Positions 26,201 through 40,400 are shown, numbered from the stretch's first letter. The stretch: DNA of 64,000 nt from Tubiluchus corallicola (GCA_030141605.1 JAQGDQ010000883.1:1-64000); one strand, 5' to 3'. Made by a program: numbers and translations. The notes: generated from the letters alone by a model not told the origin.

Positions 26201-29200
26201 TATGTATCTACAGTAAACTCTACAGCTGCAGCTTAAATTATTTCACTGATTGTTACATATCTACAGTGCACTCTACAGCTGCAGCTTGAATTACTTCACT
26301 CATTGTTACATATCTGCAGTATGCTCTACAGCTGCAGGTTGAATTACTTCACTGATTGTTACGTATCTGCAGTATGCTCTACAGCTGCAGGTTGAATTAC
26401 TTCACTCATTGTTACATATCTGCAGTATGCTCTACAGCTGCCGCTTGAATTACTGCACTCATTGTTACATATCTGCAGTATGCTCTACAGCTGCAGCTTG
26501 AATTACTGCACTCATTGTTACATATCTGCAGTATGCTCTACAGCTGCAGCTTGAATTACTTCACTCATTGTTACATATCTGCAGTATGCTCTACAGCTGC
26601 AGCTTGAATTACTTCACTGATTGTTACGTATCTGCAGTATGCTCTACAGCTGCAGGTTGAATTACTTCACTCATTGTTACATATCTGCAGTACACTCTAC
26701 AGCTGCAGCTTGAATTACTGCACTGATTGTTATGTATCTGCAGTATGCTCTACAGCTGCAGGTTGAATTACTTCACTGATTGTTACGTATCTACAGTATG
26801 CTCTACAGCTGCAGCTTGAATTACTTCACTGATTGTTACGTATCTACAGTAAACTCTACAGCTGCAGCTTGAATTACTTCACTGATTGTTATGTATCTAC
26901 AGTAAACTCTACAGCTGCAACTTAAATTATTTCACTGATTGTTACATATCTACAGTGCACTCTACAGCTGCAGCTTGAATTACTTCACTCATTGTTACAT
27001 ATCTGCAGTATGCTCTACAGCTGCAGGTTGAATTACTTCACTGATTGTTACGTATCTACAGTATGCTCTACAGCTGCAGCTTGAATTACTTCACTGATTG
27101 TTACGTATCTACAGTGCACTCTACAGCTGCAGCTTGAATTACTGCACTCATTGTTACGTATCTGCAGTATGCTCTACAGCTGCAGGTTGAATTACTTCAC
27201 TCATTGTTACATATCTGCAGTATGCTCTACAGCTGCAGCTTGAATTACTTCACTGATTGTTACGTATCTACAGTAAACTCTACAGCTGCAGCTTGAATCA
27301 CTTCACTGATTGTTACGTATCTACAGTATGCTCTACAGCTGCAGGTTGAATTACTTCACTGATTGTTACGTATCTACAGTACACTATAGCTGCAGCTTGA
27401 ATCATTTCAAATCATTCTTATCAGCATACGGTCAAGCACGTGCTAGTTTGCTAAATATAACAGATGCAGATTATTACAATACGGGTGCGCTTTGGCAACA
27501 TGATGTCGAAATGAAAAACATCATGATGTACAATTACATGCCTATTGAACAAAAATTATACTTCTAGTGCAAGCTAATGTTGTGTTATACATCGTTATTT
27601 CTAATCCGATAATTTATTTATAGCTATTTCCGGTTCTCCTCATTTCGTCTCCATTGTTGCATTTTATACCTGCTTATCGACCATGGATTATTGTTCACTT
27701 TTTTGTTGGTCTCTTTTTTGGGCGAACTTTTAAATGTGAAATTTGGCTTCAGTTTTGAATCAGAGGCCTTGGGCTTTGCGTCTTACCGTAAGTGTAAGAT
27801 CTATTTAAATAGAAAAACATGGTGACATCTAGTGGTCAGTTGATCTTTAACTCTTTACTTAATTATATATTGCAAACGTATTTGAAGTAACATGGTCATG
27901 GCATCTCAATTAAATGAATTTCTCGATAATTTCAAGACTGGGGAGTCGGTGCATTAAACTCCTAACTCTGGCTCCCACCCCTAGAATTTTAGGAGATCCA
28001 ATTCCGACTACTAAAATTGTAGGAGCCCCTCCTCCTGCCTTTAAGTAACAGTTTGTAGTACTTTCAATGTTTAGCTACAGTGGGGTTTCATCACTACTAG
28101 TACTTATGCTACTAAACAGTCTAGCTGCATTTTAAGACCAATACGAAAGTGCAATACCAATAAATGTGTTAAAACTTAAAAATAACTGGAGTTTGAGTGT
28201 ATCTATAGTTTTTACCGACTCTAACCCCGACTCCTCAAAAGCATTCATTTGCTAAATGCCCTTTTTCTTTGTTTCATTGCCGTTTGCAGGATACAATGCT
28301 ACCGTACTTGCTTACGGACAGACCGGAAGCGGAAAGACGTACACAATGGGCAGCAGTCACGAATTCCAAGAAGAAGAGGTCTTGGGGATAATTCCCCGGG
28401 CTGTTCGTGATATCTTTAAGACCGTGTCGGAAAAAGAGGAGTGGGAGTTTTTACTACGAGTGTCTTTTCTGGAAGTAAATATTTATGTTTTGTTTAGCTT
28501 CACTGCAAACGGTTTAGTTTTTTTAATGTCAATAATGCGTGCACGTCCCGTGTAGTTTATTTGCCTCTCAGCCGACACACTTTCTCGTTTTGGAATGTAA
28601 AAAATAACTTTTGTGGATTGTACCACGTCGTAAAATAGCTATAGAATTTCATTATGTGTGTGCTTGCAAACCACCCATAAGTCGGCATACTTAAAACCAC
28701 GTTATAATGATTCATAGTAATATGCACCAAAAATTTGGTCAAATGTTAATTTTTCATGTTTTATAAAAAACAACACTAAATATATTGGAGTTTTACAGTT
28801 TAGCATCAAATTAATCAAGAAAGTGTTCAAAAAAACTTTTAAAAAATTAATTTTATAACCCCTTACCCACTTTTCTGTCTTGAAACTAGTAATATAATTG
28901 TGAAGAGCTCGTATTTTCAAGCTCCGATTGTAGCTCCTGGAAGCTGTCATTTTGCTTCGGGTTTTTTCTGTTGTCACACCCAAATCTTTGTCAGGAAGAG
29001 CCATCCGCAGGATTTAAACATAACTTCAATGTGTTCTTGCAAAGTCCGCATCAACCAACATTTGTGCGGTTGCTAAGTGTTTGTGTAGAAACACGACGAA
29101 AAACAATGGCTGACTTTAACAGCGATTTTCTGAAAACTACGTTTTTCAATGCGAAACCTGCACCTCAACTTCAACGTGGATTATCTCAACTTAGAAATAA

Positions 29201-31269
29201 CATACAGCAATGAGCTTGGCATCAAGATGATCCTAATGAACTGGAGATTCAGGATATGTGAATAACTAGAAAAGTTTAATTGCTGACTTATGGACAGTTT
29301 TGCTATGCAAGTGCACATATATATGAGTAAGGTTCAGAAATACCATATGAAAGTTTGAAATCATGACCTGTATCTCTGTGAGGCTTAGTGAGCTTTACTT
29401 TCAATGCCAATGCATGTAGGACAAACCTCCAGCTTACTTAGCTGATCGTCTACAATTTCGTGTTTATAACAGGAACACCAGAGCTAGCAAAGCAAATGAA
29501 TTAGAATTGTACCTTTTGACAAAAATAAAATCTATGCTGATTGAGGATTTTCAAGCATTGCACCAAAGTGTTGGAATAAGCTACCAATTGAAATTTGAAC
29601 TTACACAAATTTAAATTCTTTTAAAAGGAAACTGAAGACTCATCTTTTTATGCAGTATTTTAATGTATAAGTGATGAATGTTTTGCATTGTATTGATGTT
29701 TTTTTTTAGTATTTTTTCTAAATATTTTTCTGTGACGAGAATTTTTCCGCGGACACGCGGAATTCCGAGTTTTTAGAAGACCAGTAGTGCCATTTTTGTA
29801 AATCGCGTGAATTCGTTGAGAAAATTTTTACGGACCCAGAACATTATTTCGCAAGCTGACCGCTAGGTGGCAGGCCGTCACTTTGTTTACATCACGTACA
29901 TCAGTGTAACCATGTGTATATCTCTATGTATAAAAATATAGAATCAATTGTGCGGAGTTATTTGAGTCAATTGCAGACAGTTTTTATATACTTTTGCATA
30001 GGAGCGGCTTAGAGGCTCTCTATGGCCACAAAATTGCTATTTGTTCCTTCGCCCCGTTGAACCACCATGGGGACTTTGCCCCTCAACCCCATTGGGGGCC
30101 TAGGCGGCCCCAAAACCCCCGGCCTGTTTCAGAGTTTTTTTGTAATTTGTCATTCTCATCCCTGATTTTTAATTGTTCAGCGCTTTTGAAAAAAGATTAT
30201 TGAACGAACGCTTCATGAATAAATACATTATTATTATTATTATAGTGGTAATTTGTTATTAAGCCCTAAAAAATTATTTAAAAAAAGTTTTTTTGGATAT
30301 TGCTTAATTTCTTTTTTGGTTTGTTCTGTTAGCTACACAATGAAGATATAAAGGATTTGCTCAATCCAAATAATCGGGACATTGCCATAAGGGAGGATCC
30401 AGACATTGGTGGCATTAAGGTATTTTAATAGTTTGCAGTAATAGGACTTCTTATTACGCCGACGTGGTCTTTGAATCTCCATTATGGAGCTGATACGGAG
30501 GCCGAATCCATATGTGCGAAAATATGTGACACCTAATTAACAACGATAGCGGCTAGTCAACTTTGGAATGGGCTTGTCCCATTGTGCCCAGGTGTCAAAC
30601 AAATTGGCTTCGTGATGCGTTGGGCAACCGAAATATTCATTAGGGTAGATTTCGGCTAATTTTGCTACGCGTTACTGAAAATGCTTCAAAACTGCCAAAA
30701 TGCGTTATTGGTTTCCGTCATTATTAGCTCAATGTACGCCCGGCATAGATTTGTTAATACTCTGTTCTCGAGTGCAACTTTGGCACCAAAAGACCAAATA
30801 ATTATAACAGGCCTCAAACGCGGCATTTCTTATAAATGGCCGAGTTCCTCAATGGCAATTATATTGCTGAAAACGAGCGGACTTAATTAGTAACCCGAAT
30901 ATATTCCGTGTTGTTGTCTACTGCGCGCCTCTTTTACCCCCCCCCCCCCGGTACATAATGCAACAGCTCAGCGGTATTGTTAGCTGCCGCAAGAGCCATC
31001 TACTGGTGAACGAACGCCGCTTTCGAGTAAAGTCAGTATATGATGTGCAGTATCTCATGTAATGTCTGACCTCAAAACCAGGTGCGTTTGTGATGCGCCA
31101 GAAACACTTTCTTTTTCCTGCTGCTAATTTGAATTACATCTCCGTTGTTAACGATTTGAAAACTGCTTAATAGACTTTGTTATATACATTAATGCCACAG
31201 TATAGCATACAGTTATGTTGCTAGACATTTTGAAGCATATTGGCATTCTCATCTCTCTCCATTGTTCTC

Positions 31270-31331
<62 letters not shown>

Positions 31332-31338
31332 CCTCCCT

Positions 31339-31410
<72 letters not shown>

Positions 31411-34400
31411 GTCTTTCTCACTCACTCTTTTTTCTCTATCTTTCTTTTTCTTTCTTACACATTTATTTTTTCTCTTTCTCTATCTGACACAATAGTAACA
31501 TTGAAAGCCTAGCTGTCTAAACTGCAGATCGGTAGGTTGCCTTGACAACACATTGTGAAATACTTGATGCTCACGAAGTCCACACTCAGCCACGATGGTG
31601 TTGTACTTGCCTGTAATTCAAGAGAAATGTTCACATTTATTCTGCTTTTACACAGTTGACAGGATTGTCAGAGATCATTGTTGCCAGTGCCGATGAGACA
31701 ATGAAGTGCCTCGAAGAGGGGTCATTCAGTCGCACCACGGCAGCTACAGCTATGAATCGTACCTCGAGTAGATCTCACGCCATCTTTACGATGCACATGG
31801 AGATGAGGCATAAGGGAACGTAAGAATTTAGATCATTTTTATTTCATTACTATGATTATCGTTATTATTATTATTATTAAAGGCAAGAACAAGTCACTTG
31901 GTATGTTGGGTTTCTCTTACTGTTATCGCATAAACTGTTTGTGGTGTGCTAAAGGAAAGAACAAGTCACTCAGTATGTTGGGTTTCTTTTACTGTTATCA
32001 CTTAAACTGTTTGTGGTGTGCTAAAGAAAAGAACAAGTAACTCAGTATGTTGAGTTTAGTTTACTGTTTTCACTTAAACTGTTTGTGGTGTGCTAAAGGA
32101 AAGAACAAGTCACTCAGTATGTTGGGTTTCTTTTACTGTTATCACTTAAACTGTTTGTGGTGTGCTAAAGGAAAGAACAAGTAACTCAGTATGTTGGGTT
32201 TATTTTACTGTTATCACTTAAACTGTTTGTTGTGCGCTAAAGGGAGGACAAGTCGCTCAGTATGTTGGGTTTATTTTACTGTTATCACTTGAACTTACTA
32301 AAATATAAGAAAGAAATTTGCAAAGAACTGCCCATGAAGCATAAATTTAAAATGTACCACCTGTGACTAGAAATTTTTCGGGTGTGATGGTTGCTGCCAT
32401 TCTTGAAAATCACGACGTAACTGGGAGACTTCGTGACTTTTCGTAAACGCGTACGCTGTTTAAACTAATTCAAATTTCTGCAGCTTACCTAATGTTCACT
32501 CGAAAATATTACAAAATTAGCCAAAGTAGAATGGGCATTGAAAATGAGAGCGCTCAGGCGTGAAATGATCGCAACTTTAAAGTGATTTTACTAATTACAC
32601 GAGGTGCTTATTGCAGTTTTATTACTAAATCCTTCTAACATTTTCGCGAACATTGAAATGTCTAGCTGCCTAGAAGACTTGATCTTTCCTTTAATATAAT
32701 ATCACTTGTACAGTAATACATACATAATTTAAGAACACATATTTATAGATCCATTGAATCTATTGATCTGTGTGTCACTTTTGCCTTCTTAGATTGTCTT
32801 AGATTTTTTTGCTTCGTAATTGCAGTTTCTGAAGGTTTTGTTTTGTTAAATTACATCCCAAAGAAATTTCCTTACGAAGTTATATTACTTAGCATTACGC
32901 TTATCAGTTTGAAAAACTTAAAGCACAAGGGAAACTTTCAACAACATAAAGCTTAAAAAATTCGTTTTGAAATTTTATGTCACTTACATACTGCCTTTTT
33001 GCATGCAGGACTTCAATCGGCAGTCACGCTGTATAAAACATGTAAATTTAAACTCCCGCGATGACCGTTAGACGCAGCCATTTTCACGACAGGTCATTTG
33101 AAACAAGTTTAGATAACATTTTGTAAAGTTTGAAAAAATAATCAGAGCATTCGTAGCGCATACGTCACTAACTAAATAAAATTTAAAATTACTGTATCTT
33201 GTCAATAAGATTAAAAATACGTTTTTGGTTACTGAGTGGTGCACCCTGGAGGGTGAGTCAGCGACTTTTTACCAATTGGTGAAAACATTTTAAATAATTA
33301 ATAATTTTCTTTTCTAGTTACATAAGTCTTTCTAGTAGGTAAGCGAAAATCTAAGTAATATAGATTTGCAAGGAAAGTCTTTTGAGACAATTTAACATTG
33401 CCTTTTCTTCCCTTGATTTACGTTAAAAGAAAATTCTTAATAATTTAGAATATTCGCACCAACTGACAAAATGTCACACTGTGCACCACTGATTCACCAA
33501 AAAACACATTGTTAATCTTGTTGACAAGATACAATAATTTGTGATTTTGCTTAGCTAGTGAAAAATGTGCTACGAATGCTATGGTTGTTTTTTCAAACTT
33601 GAAGCAAAGTTATCTAAACTTACCATTAAAATGGCTGTGCCCCATGAGTTTAAATATTTGCAAGTTTCATACAGGGTTACTGCTAACGCAAGCTCTGTAT
33701 GCAATAAGACAGCATGTAAGTGATTTTGCAATATTATTGAAGGGATTTTTGGCAGTGCAATGTAATCTCTAGTGTAGTTTGCCAAAGCGTTCATGAATTT
33801 AAAAACATTTAAATCGGTGTTTTCTTTCATATATATTAGCTCCTTTTTTCATTTTTTAACTCAATTCCTTGCATTTTTCTGCCATCTTAAAGAAACTTAT
33901 AATATATGCTTTCATATTTGGTATGGCTGTTGGGCAAATGTATAAGCATTAGTACTTTATTCACTTCAGAGAACACAGCACACTGATGTGAGTTCGTAAT
34001 GCCAGCGTTTTCTTTGAAATTAAAACAACACAGATTCATTGAGGCTGCACACACTGTCAGTACTGCACACGCAAGCACGATTAGACCACATCCAGATTCA
34101 TCAGGACGAACTTGACCGGGATCCGGTTTTTGGCCACCGCCCTTCGATCCCCGGTCAGGCATGGCCAGGTGCACAGCCTTTCTGGAGTGACATTAAAAAT
34201 GAAAAAGTATCTTAATTCACTCTGCATAACATATGGCAGAGAGAAACGTATAAATTTGTGCCAGCAGAAACGCCCTTGCTAACAGATGTTTGTCGAGTGC
34301 TGTTCTGTTCACACGGTAGCAGTTTTTCTTCCAGTTTTGACTTACAATACTCCTGTGGCTTCCCTGAATTGTGTAAGCATCGAAGCAATAATGTTAAATT

Positions 34401-37400
34401 CAACTCTTGTTTGTTTCCAGTGGAGATTATTGCAAAGCAAAGTTTCACTTGGTCGATCTAGCCGGTTCCGAACGCGTCAAGAAAACTCGAGCCGAGGGGG
34501 AGCGATTTAAAGAAGGTTTTTACAAAATTCATTTTACGGTTTTGCTTTGTATTCCGTCAGGTTTATTTAGTGGTAAAAGTGTGTGTGTGTGTGTGTGTGT
34601 ATGTTGCACGTGTCCATGAATCTTATATGTTCCACGTGTCCATGAATCTTATATGTTTCCACGAGTCCATGAATCTTATATGTTCCACGTATCCATGAAT
34701 CTTATATGTTCCATGTGTCCATGAATCTTATATGTTGCACGTGTCCATGAATCTTATTATATGTTCCACGTGTCCATGAATCTTATATGTTTCCACGAGT
34801 CCATGAATCTTATATGTTCCACGTGTCCATGAATCTTATATGTTCCATGTGTCCATGAATCTTATATGTTGCACGTGTCCATGAATCTTATATGTTCCAC
34901 GTGTCCATGAATCTTATATGTTTCCACGAGTCCATGAATCTTATATGTTCCACGTGTCCATGAATCTTATATGTTCCATGTGTCCATGAATCTTATATGT
35001 TGCACGTGTCCATGAATCTTATATGTTCCAAGTGTCCATGAATCTTATATGTTTCCACGAGTCCATGAATCTTATATGTTCCACGTGTCCATGAATCTTA
35101 TATGTTCCATGTGTCCATGAATCTTATATGTTTCCACGAGTCCATGAATCTTATATGTTCCACGTGTCCATGAATCTTATATGTTTCCACGAGTCCATGA
35201 ATCTTATATGTTCCACGTGTCCATGAATCTTATATGTTCCATGTGTCCATGAATCTTATATGTTCCACGTGTCCATGAATCTTATATGTTTTGATGAATC
35301 TCATGGCCCTCTTTGCGTCGTTTTTGTTTGCTGCTCTTGAAAATTGGAAATAGTCATTTTTTAAAGCCGTGTCACTGTTGAGATTTCAGCGCCATAGCGA
35401 GCAAAAAATGATCACAGCAGTCGCATTAGCATATCATTGTATTATTAGATGGAAAAATTCAAAAGAAAGTATGGGTTTTGGGTGAAAAACATTTCGCAGA
35501 AGAAAGGCATGTGAATATGTATCTCCACTAGAGGTGATCATTTTCTACCACAAAGCAAATTCGAATCCGAATTTGCGAGTTTCTTTGCGAGAAATCCGAG
35601 TCGAACCAAATGTCAGTATTTCGAATTCGAATCGATCTCGAATTGAGTTTAAAAGATTTTCGAACGAGTTTCCGAACCAGTAGTAAAAAAGTGGTCTTAC
35701 AAAGATCATGCACATTACTTGATTTTGTTCTGCAGTAAAACCGCTATTAGTTTGTTCAAAATTTTGCACAGAAACTGCAGCTAAATTATGCTAATTGCTG
35801 CTGCTGTTTCAAACATTTTAATGATAAAGAACGCATGTGGCTGAAGTGCTGAATAATTTGAATCTTAATTAAATAATGTTATATTTAATTTTGAAACGTT
35901 CTGTATGATCTTGAAAAGCAAGCTGTACAAAATGCATGTGCCTAACAGTAAACTTTCAAGAAATCTCTTTTTGCTCGTTATAACAGCACTTTGTAAGCTA
36001 AATTAAAATTAGTGCTCTACATTTGCAAATCGAGATTCTGCAAAAAATTGATTTTATTTTCCTTGCTGCACATTTTATTTAAATAATTTAAATTATTTGA
36101 ATCTTAATTAAATAATGTTATATTTAATTTTGAAACGTTCTGTATGATCTTGAAAAGTAAGCTGTACAAAATGCATGTGCCGAAAAGTAAACTTTCAAGA
36201 AATCTCTTTTTGCTCGTTATAACAGCACTTTGTAAGCTAAATTAAAATTAATGCTCTACATTTGCAAATCGAGATTCTGCAAAAAATTGATTTTATTTTC
36301 CTTGCTGCACATTTGATTAATTATGAACGTGATTTGTAGGTGTGAATATCAATCGTGGTTTGCTCTCACTGGGTAATGTGATCAGTGCTTTAGGCGATGA
36401 AAACCAACGGAAGCTGCACGTTCCGTACAGAGATTCCAAGCTGACGAGACTTTTACAAGGTACATTTATTGCTGCTTTATAAGTATTTTACTACGGCCAT
36501 ATCACGTTGAACACACTGGTTCTCGTCTGATCACCGAAGTTAAGCAACATATAAAGCCTGGTTAGTACTTGGATGGGTGACCGCCTAGGAATGCCAGGTG
36601 CTGTAGGGTTGCGGGATGCCCTCACTGTATCTCGACACTAGGCGGAGGAGCTGCACAAGCAGCCAACGGCTAGAGGGCGGAGGAGGTCAAGTGACCCAAC
36701 GGCCATGTGTAGAGGAGTAAACCTTCCAAATCAGGAGTGGAGCCCCGAAGGCGGACCAGTGCAGCATGCTCACTGACTCCGGCAGCTCCTGCAGCCAACC
36801 TGGTGCCAAACGTATCGCTCCACTTTCCTTTGGCCTACACCAGCGAGGAAGAGAGAGGGTTCATGTTGTCTGGGCAACTCAGGGTCTCCATACACCTCGC
36901 CCAGGCGTGCGCCCTGGAGACGTTCAAGGATCGGACTGCTCAGCCACAGTCGACGCTGCAGCTCCATCAGTGTGTTCAATAACTGACTCTCTTGGCATAC
37001 ACTCCACTGCCTTCCGAGACAGAAGGATGCCAACAATGAGTATTTTGCTTAAACATTGTGCCTAAGGAAGAAAGTTTGCTGCCAACAGTTAATAATACCT
37101 AAGCCCGACAGTGAATTTCTGGTATGACATTTATTAAAGAAATGAGAGATTCAAAAATTATAAACTGTATCTAGATTTGAGCTTTTGAAGCCTTGGCACT
37201 CGCTTGCTTGGCAAAAACATACTGTACTGTATGACCTCGCCGGGAAGACTCTGACTTGTCGCTGAGACTTTCATCAGCATTCACAGTATTAAAACTATCT
37301 TCAGCATTTACACTGTTTAAACTTTCTTCATGATTTATAGCATTTAAATTATCTTTAGCATTTATGTAATATCTTCTGACTGTGTAGTCTAACAGTTATG

Positions 37401-40400
37401 GTTATTTGTAGTCGAAAGGCGACTGGTTCAAATCCAGACTCGCCCTTGGTTTTTTCACGTTTTCTTTTTCCACATTCACTTTAGCATGAAAAATTCAGTA
37501 ATTTCATGTTTCTCTTGTTAATTCTTAGACTAATAACTATAAATAATTAACACGATTGTCTTGTTAATTTCAGACTCGCTCGGAGGTAACAGTCACACTG
37601 TTATGATAGCCTGCATCAGCCCCGCTGACTCTAATCTGGAGGAGACGTTGAATACGCTGCGCTACGCCGACCGCGCCCGCAAAATCAAGAACAAACCCGT
37701 AGTGAACCGTGATCCACAGGCTGCTGAGTTGAACAGACTGAGACAGCTGGTGAGAAACTGTAGCAGGGAGGAGAATTTTCTGCGGATACTCGGAATTCCG
37801 AGTTTTTGGAAGACCAGTGGTGCCATTTTTGTTGAGAACATTTTTACGGACCCAGTACATTATTTCACAAGCTGGCCGCTAGTTGGCAGGCCGTCACTTT
37901 GTTTACATCACGTACATCAGTGTAACCACGTGTAGATCTCTATGTATAAAAATATAGAATCAATTGTGTGGAGTTATTTGAGTCAATTGCAGACAATTTT
38001 TATATACTTCTGCATAGGAGCGGCCGGTGCTTAGGCGTTTTTGAGACAATTATGTATCATGTATCCTTGATAGTTGGGTATTTTAAATTATGCATGAAAC
38101 AAGGTAATTGATATTTTAAGTCCACTTAGAGGCTCTCTATGGTCACAAAATTGCAATTTCAACCCAATTGGAGATCTACGTGGCCCCAAAACCCCCGGCC
38201 TGTTTCAGAGTTTTTTGCAATTAGTCATTCTCATCCCTGGTTTGAGTGAGTCTATTTTTTACCGACTCTAACACCGATTCCTCTAACAGTAAGTGTACTC
38301 CTGAGTCTGAAGTCCGACTCCAAAACCCTTTTCCTTAAAACAAACTGTGTAGTATTGTGGTGATGGATGATCATTACTAGCTACGTTTCATTATAGCTTG
38401 TAGTTTTACGTGCTTATATTCTACTGTTACATAATTTTGGTAATAACACCTTCCCTTGTATTACAGGTGCAACAGTTGCAGATACAATTAATACAAAATG
38501 GGGGTGTCATCGGTAATTCCTCGTCAGCCGGGTAAGTACATTTTTAAACATTGTACAACCAGTTAATGGGGAGTAAAAGGATAAAGTATGTCTCAAAGTA
38601 CTTTCCGCACAAAGTTTACCTGTTTGAATGACTTGTGTAATAAGCCTTTTCACAGTTTCGTTGTGCACACGCGCAGTTGCAGTAGGTCAAAGCTTAAGTG
38701 TACCACAGCGGTGCGTCTTAACTACAATCGTCACGTGATGTGTGTTTGAAGCAAAGCCCTCTGCCGCATCAGTTCAGTAACCTCAGTTGTTTTACGTGGA
38801 CTTTGCTTAATTATGCATTAGTCTGTGTGTAGAGTGATTTACTAGCAGGATCTTGCTTAGGAACAAGGAAAAATGAACTAGGTAAGATTCTAGCTAGCTG
38901 TTAAAACTGTTTCTATTATAGCAGCATGGGCTGCGAGACGTTGTCAAGTGTACACAAATGCGTTGTCTGGTACACTTAACCTTTGACCTTTTCACGATCA
39001 CCATTAATCGCCGGAATCGTGAAAAGGCTTATTGGTAAAGAAAAATTTCTTAGTAATTTAAAATATTTGCGCATCGTCGCCATCCCAGTGTGCACTGCTG
39101 ATTCACCAAAAATCACATTATTGATCTTGTTGGCAAGATAAAAGTAATTTAAACTTTTACTTAGTTTGTGAAATGTGAACCACAAATGCCTTCATTATTT
39201 GTTCAAATTTCACACAACGTTAACTAAACTAAAATGACTTGGTGTTAAAACGGTTGCGCTTAACATTCATCGCGGGAGTTTAAATTTACAAATTTTTTAC
39301 AGCGTTACAGCTAACGCAAGCTCTGTATGCAATAAGACAACATGTAGGTCGTATAAAATTTCAAAAAAAAAATTAAAATTTTAAGATGTGAACAGTGCTG
39401 TCTTGGGTTTTAAAATTTTATTAGACTTACATAATTTTTGCATAGCTTTGGTTAATAACGCAGTCAATTTGTAGTCTGTTTTCAAATCAAATATTAACCT
39501 TTTGCTTTGTTGTTGTAATAGGCTTATGAGATATTTATTTTTTCTTCATTTTTGTTGCGTGTTGTTTCTCTCGGAAGGCTCGTAGAGAAAACCAGAAAAC
39601 ACTTCGTCAAATTAAACTAGTTTATTAAGCGAGAATTCTACAACAAAAAAGTATGAAGGAACGCGAAATGATATTATTAGTGTAATATAGCGAATATTAC
39701 ACTAAACGTGAAAATCTGGAAAACGTTTGAGTGTATCTGAAAATGTAAGTATACGAGAGAATGTGTGAATGGCGTCCGTGTGAATCTGTGTGCTCCCGTC
39801 TCAGCGGCCTGCTTCGCCTTATATAGCGTGCCCAAGAAGCTTCCAGAAGTTTTGTTCCAGAAAATTCGACACGGTAAGACGATCATTCCAACGGAACATT
39901 CTACAATGTTCCAGGTAATTCTAATAGATGCCAGCGATCTCCACAACAATTTTGTTCTCCTTCGTTCAGCCTATTTCAGCCTGGCCTATCGAAGTAGCAG
40001 TTTTAACAGCTAGCTAGAATCTTACCTAGTTCATTTTTTCTTGTCCCCAAGCAAGATCCTGTTAGTAAATCACTCTACGCACAGACTAATGCATAATTAA
40101 GCAAAGTCCGGGTAAAACAACTGAATTACTGAACTGAGTGGCAGATGGCTTTGTTTTACCCACATGTCACGTGACAGTTGTAGTTAAGACGCATTGCTGT
40201 GGTACGCTTAACTTTTGAACTACTGCAACTGCGCGTGCGCACAACAAAACTATGAAAAGGTTTATTATATTTGAAATGTTTTGGTCCAGAAACAAATTTT
40301 TAAATTTTAGTTTTATTAAATTAAGGAACCAGGAAAGTGAACAAATGATTAAGTTCGCATTTTCTGCAAAACATCTGCGGTTTCAATATACTTGCCCTTA

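Noticed and set aside
22685-27410. CRISPR-like array
   Set aside because: Units are contiguous with no unique spacers, there are no cas genes, and the array lies in a eukaryotic intron
30333-30344. LHNE instead of the usual (I/L)YNE kinesin motif
   Set aside because: A single substitution with all catalytic motifs intact; not enough to infer altered function
36489-36608. Functional 5S rRNA gene
   Set aside because: Solitary, carries stem-disrupting substitutions and an indel, and lacks a Pol III terminator
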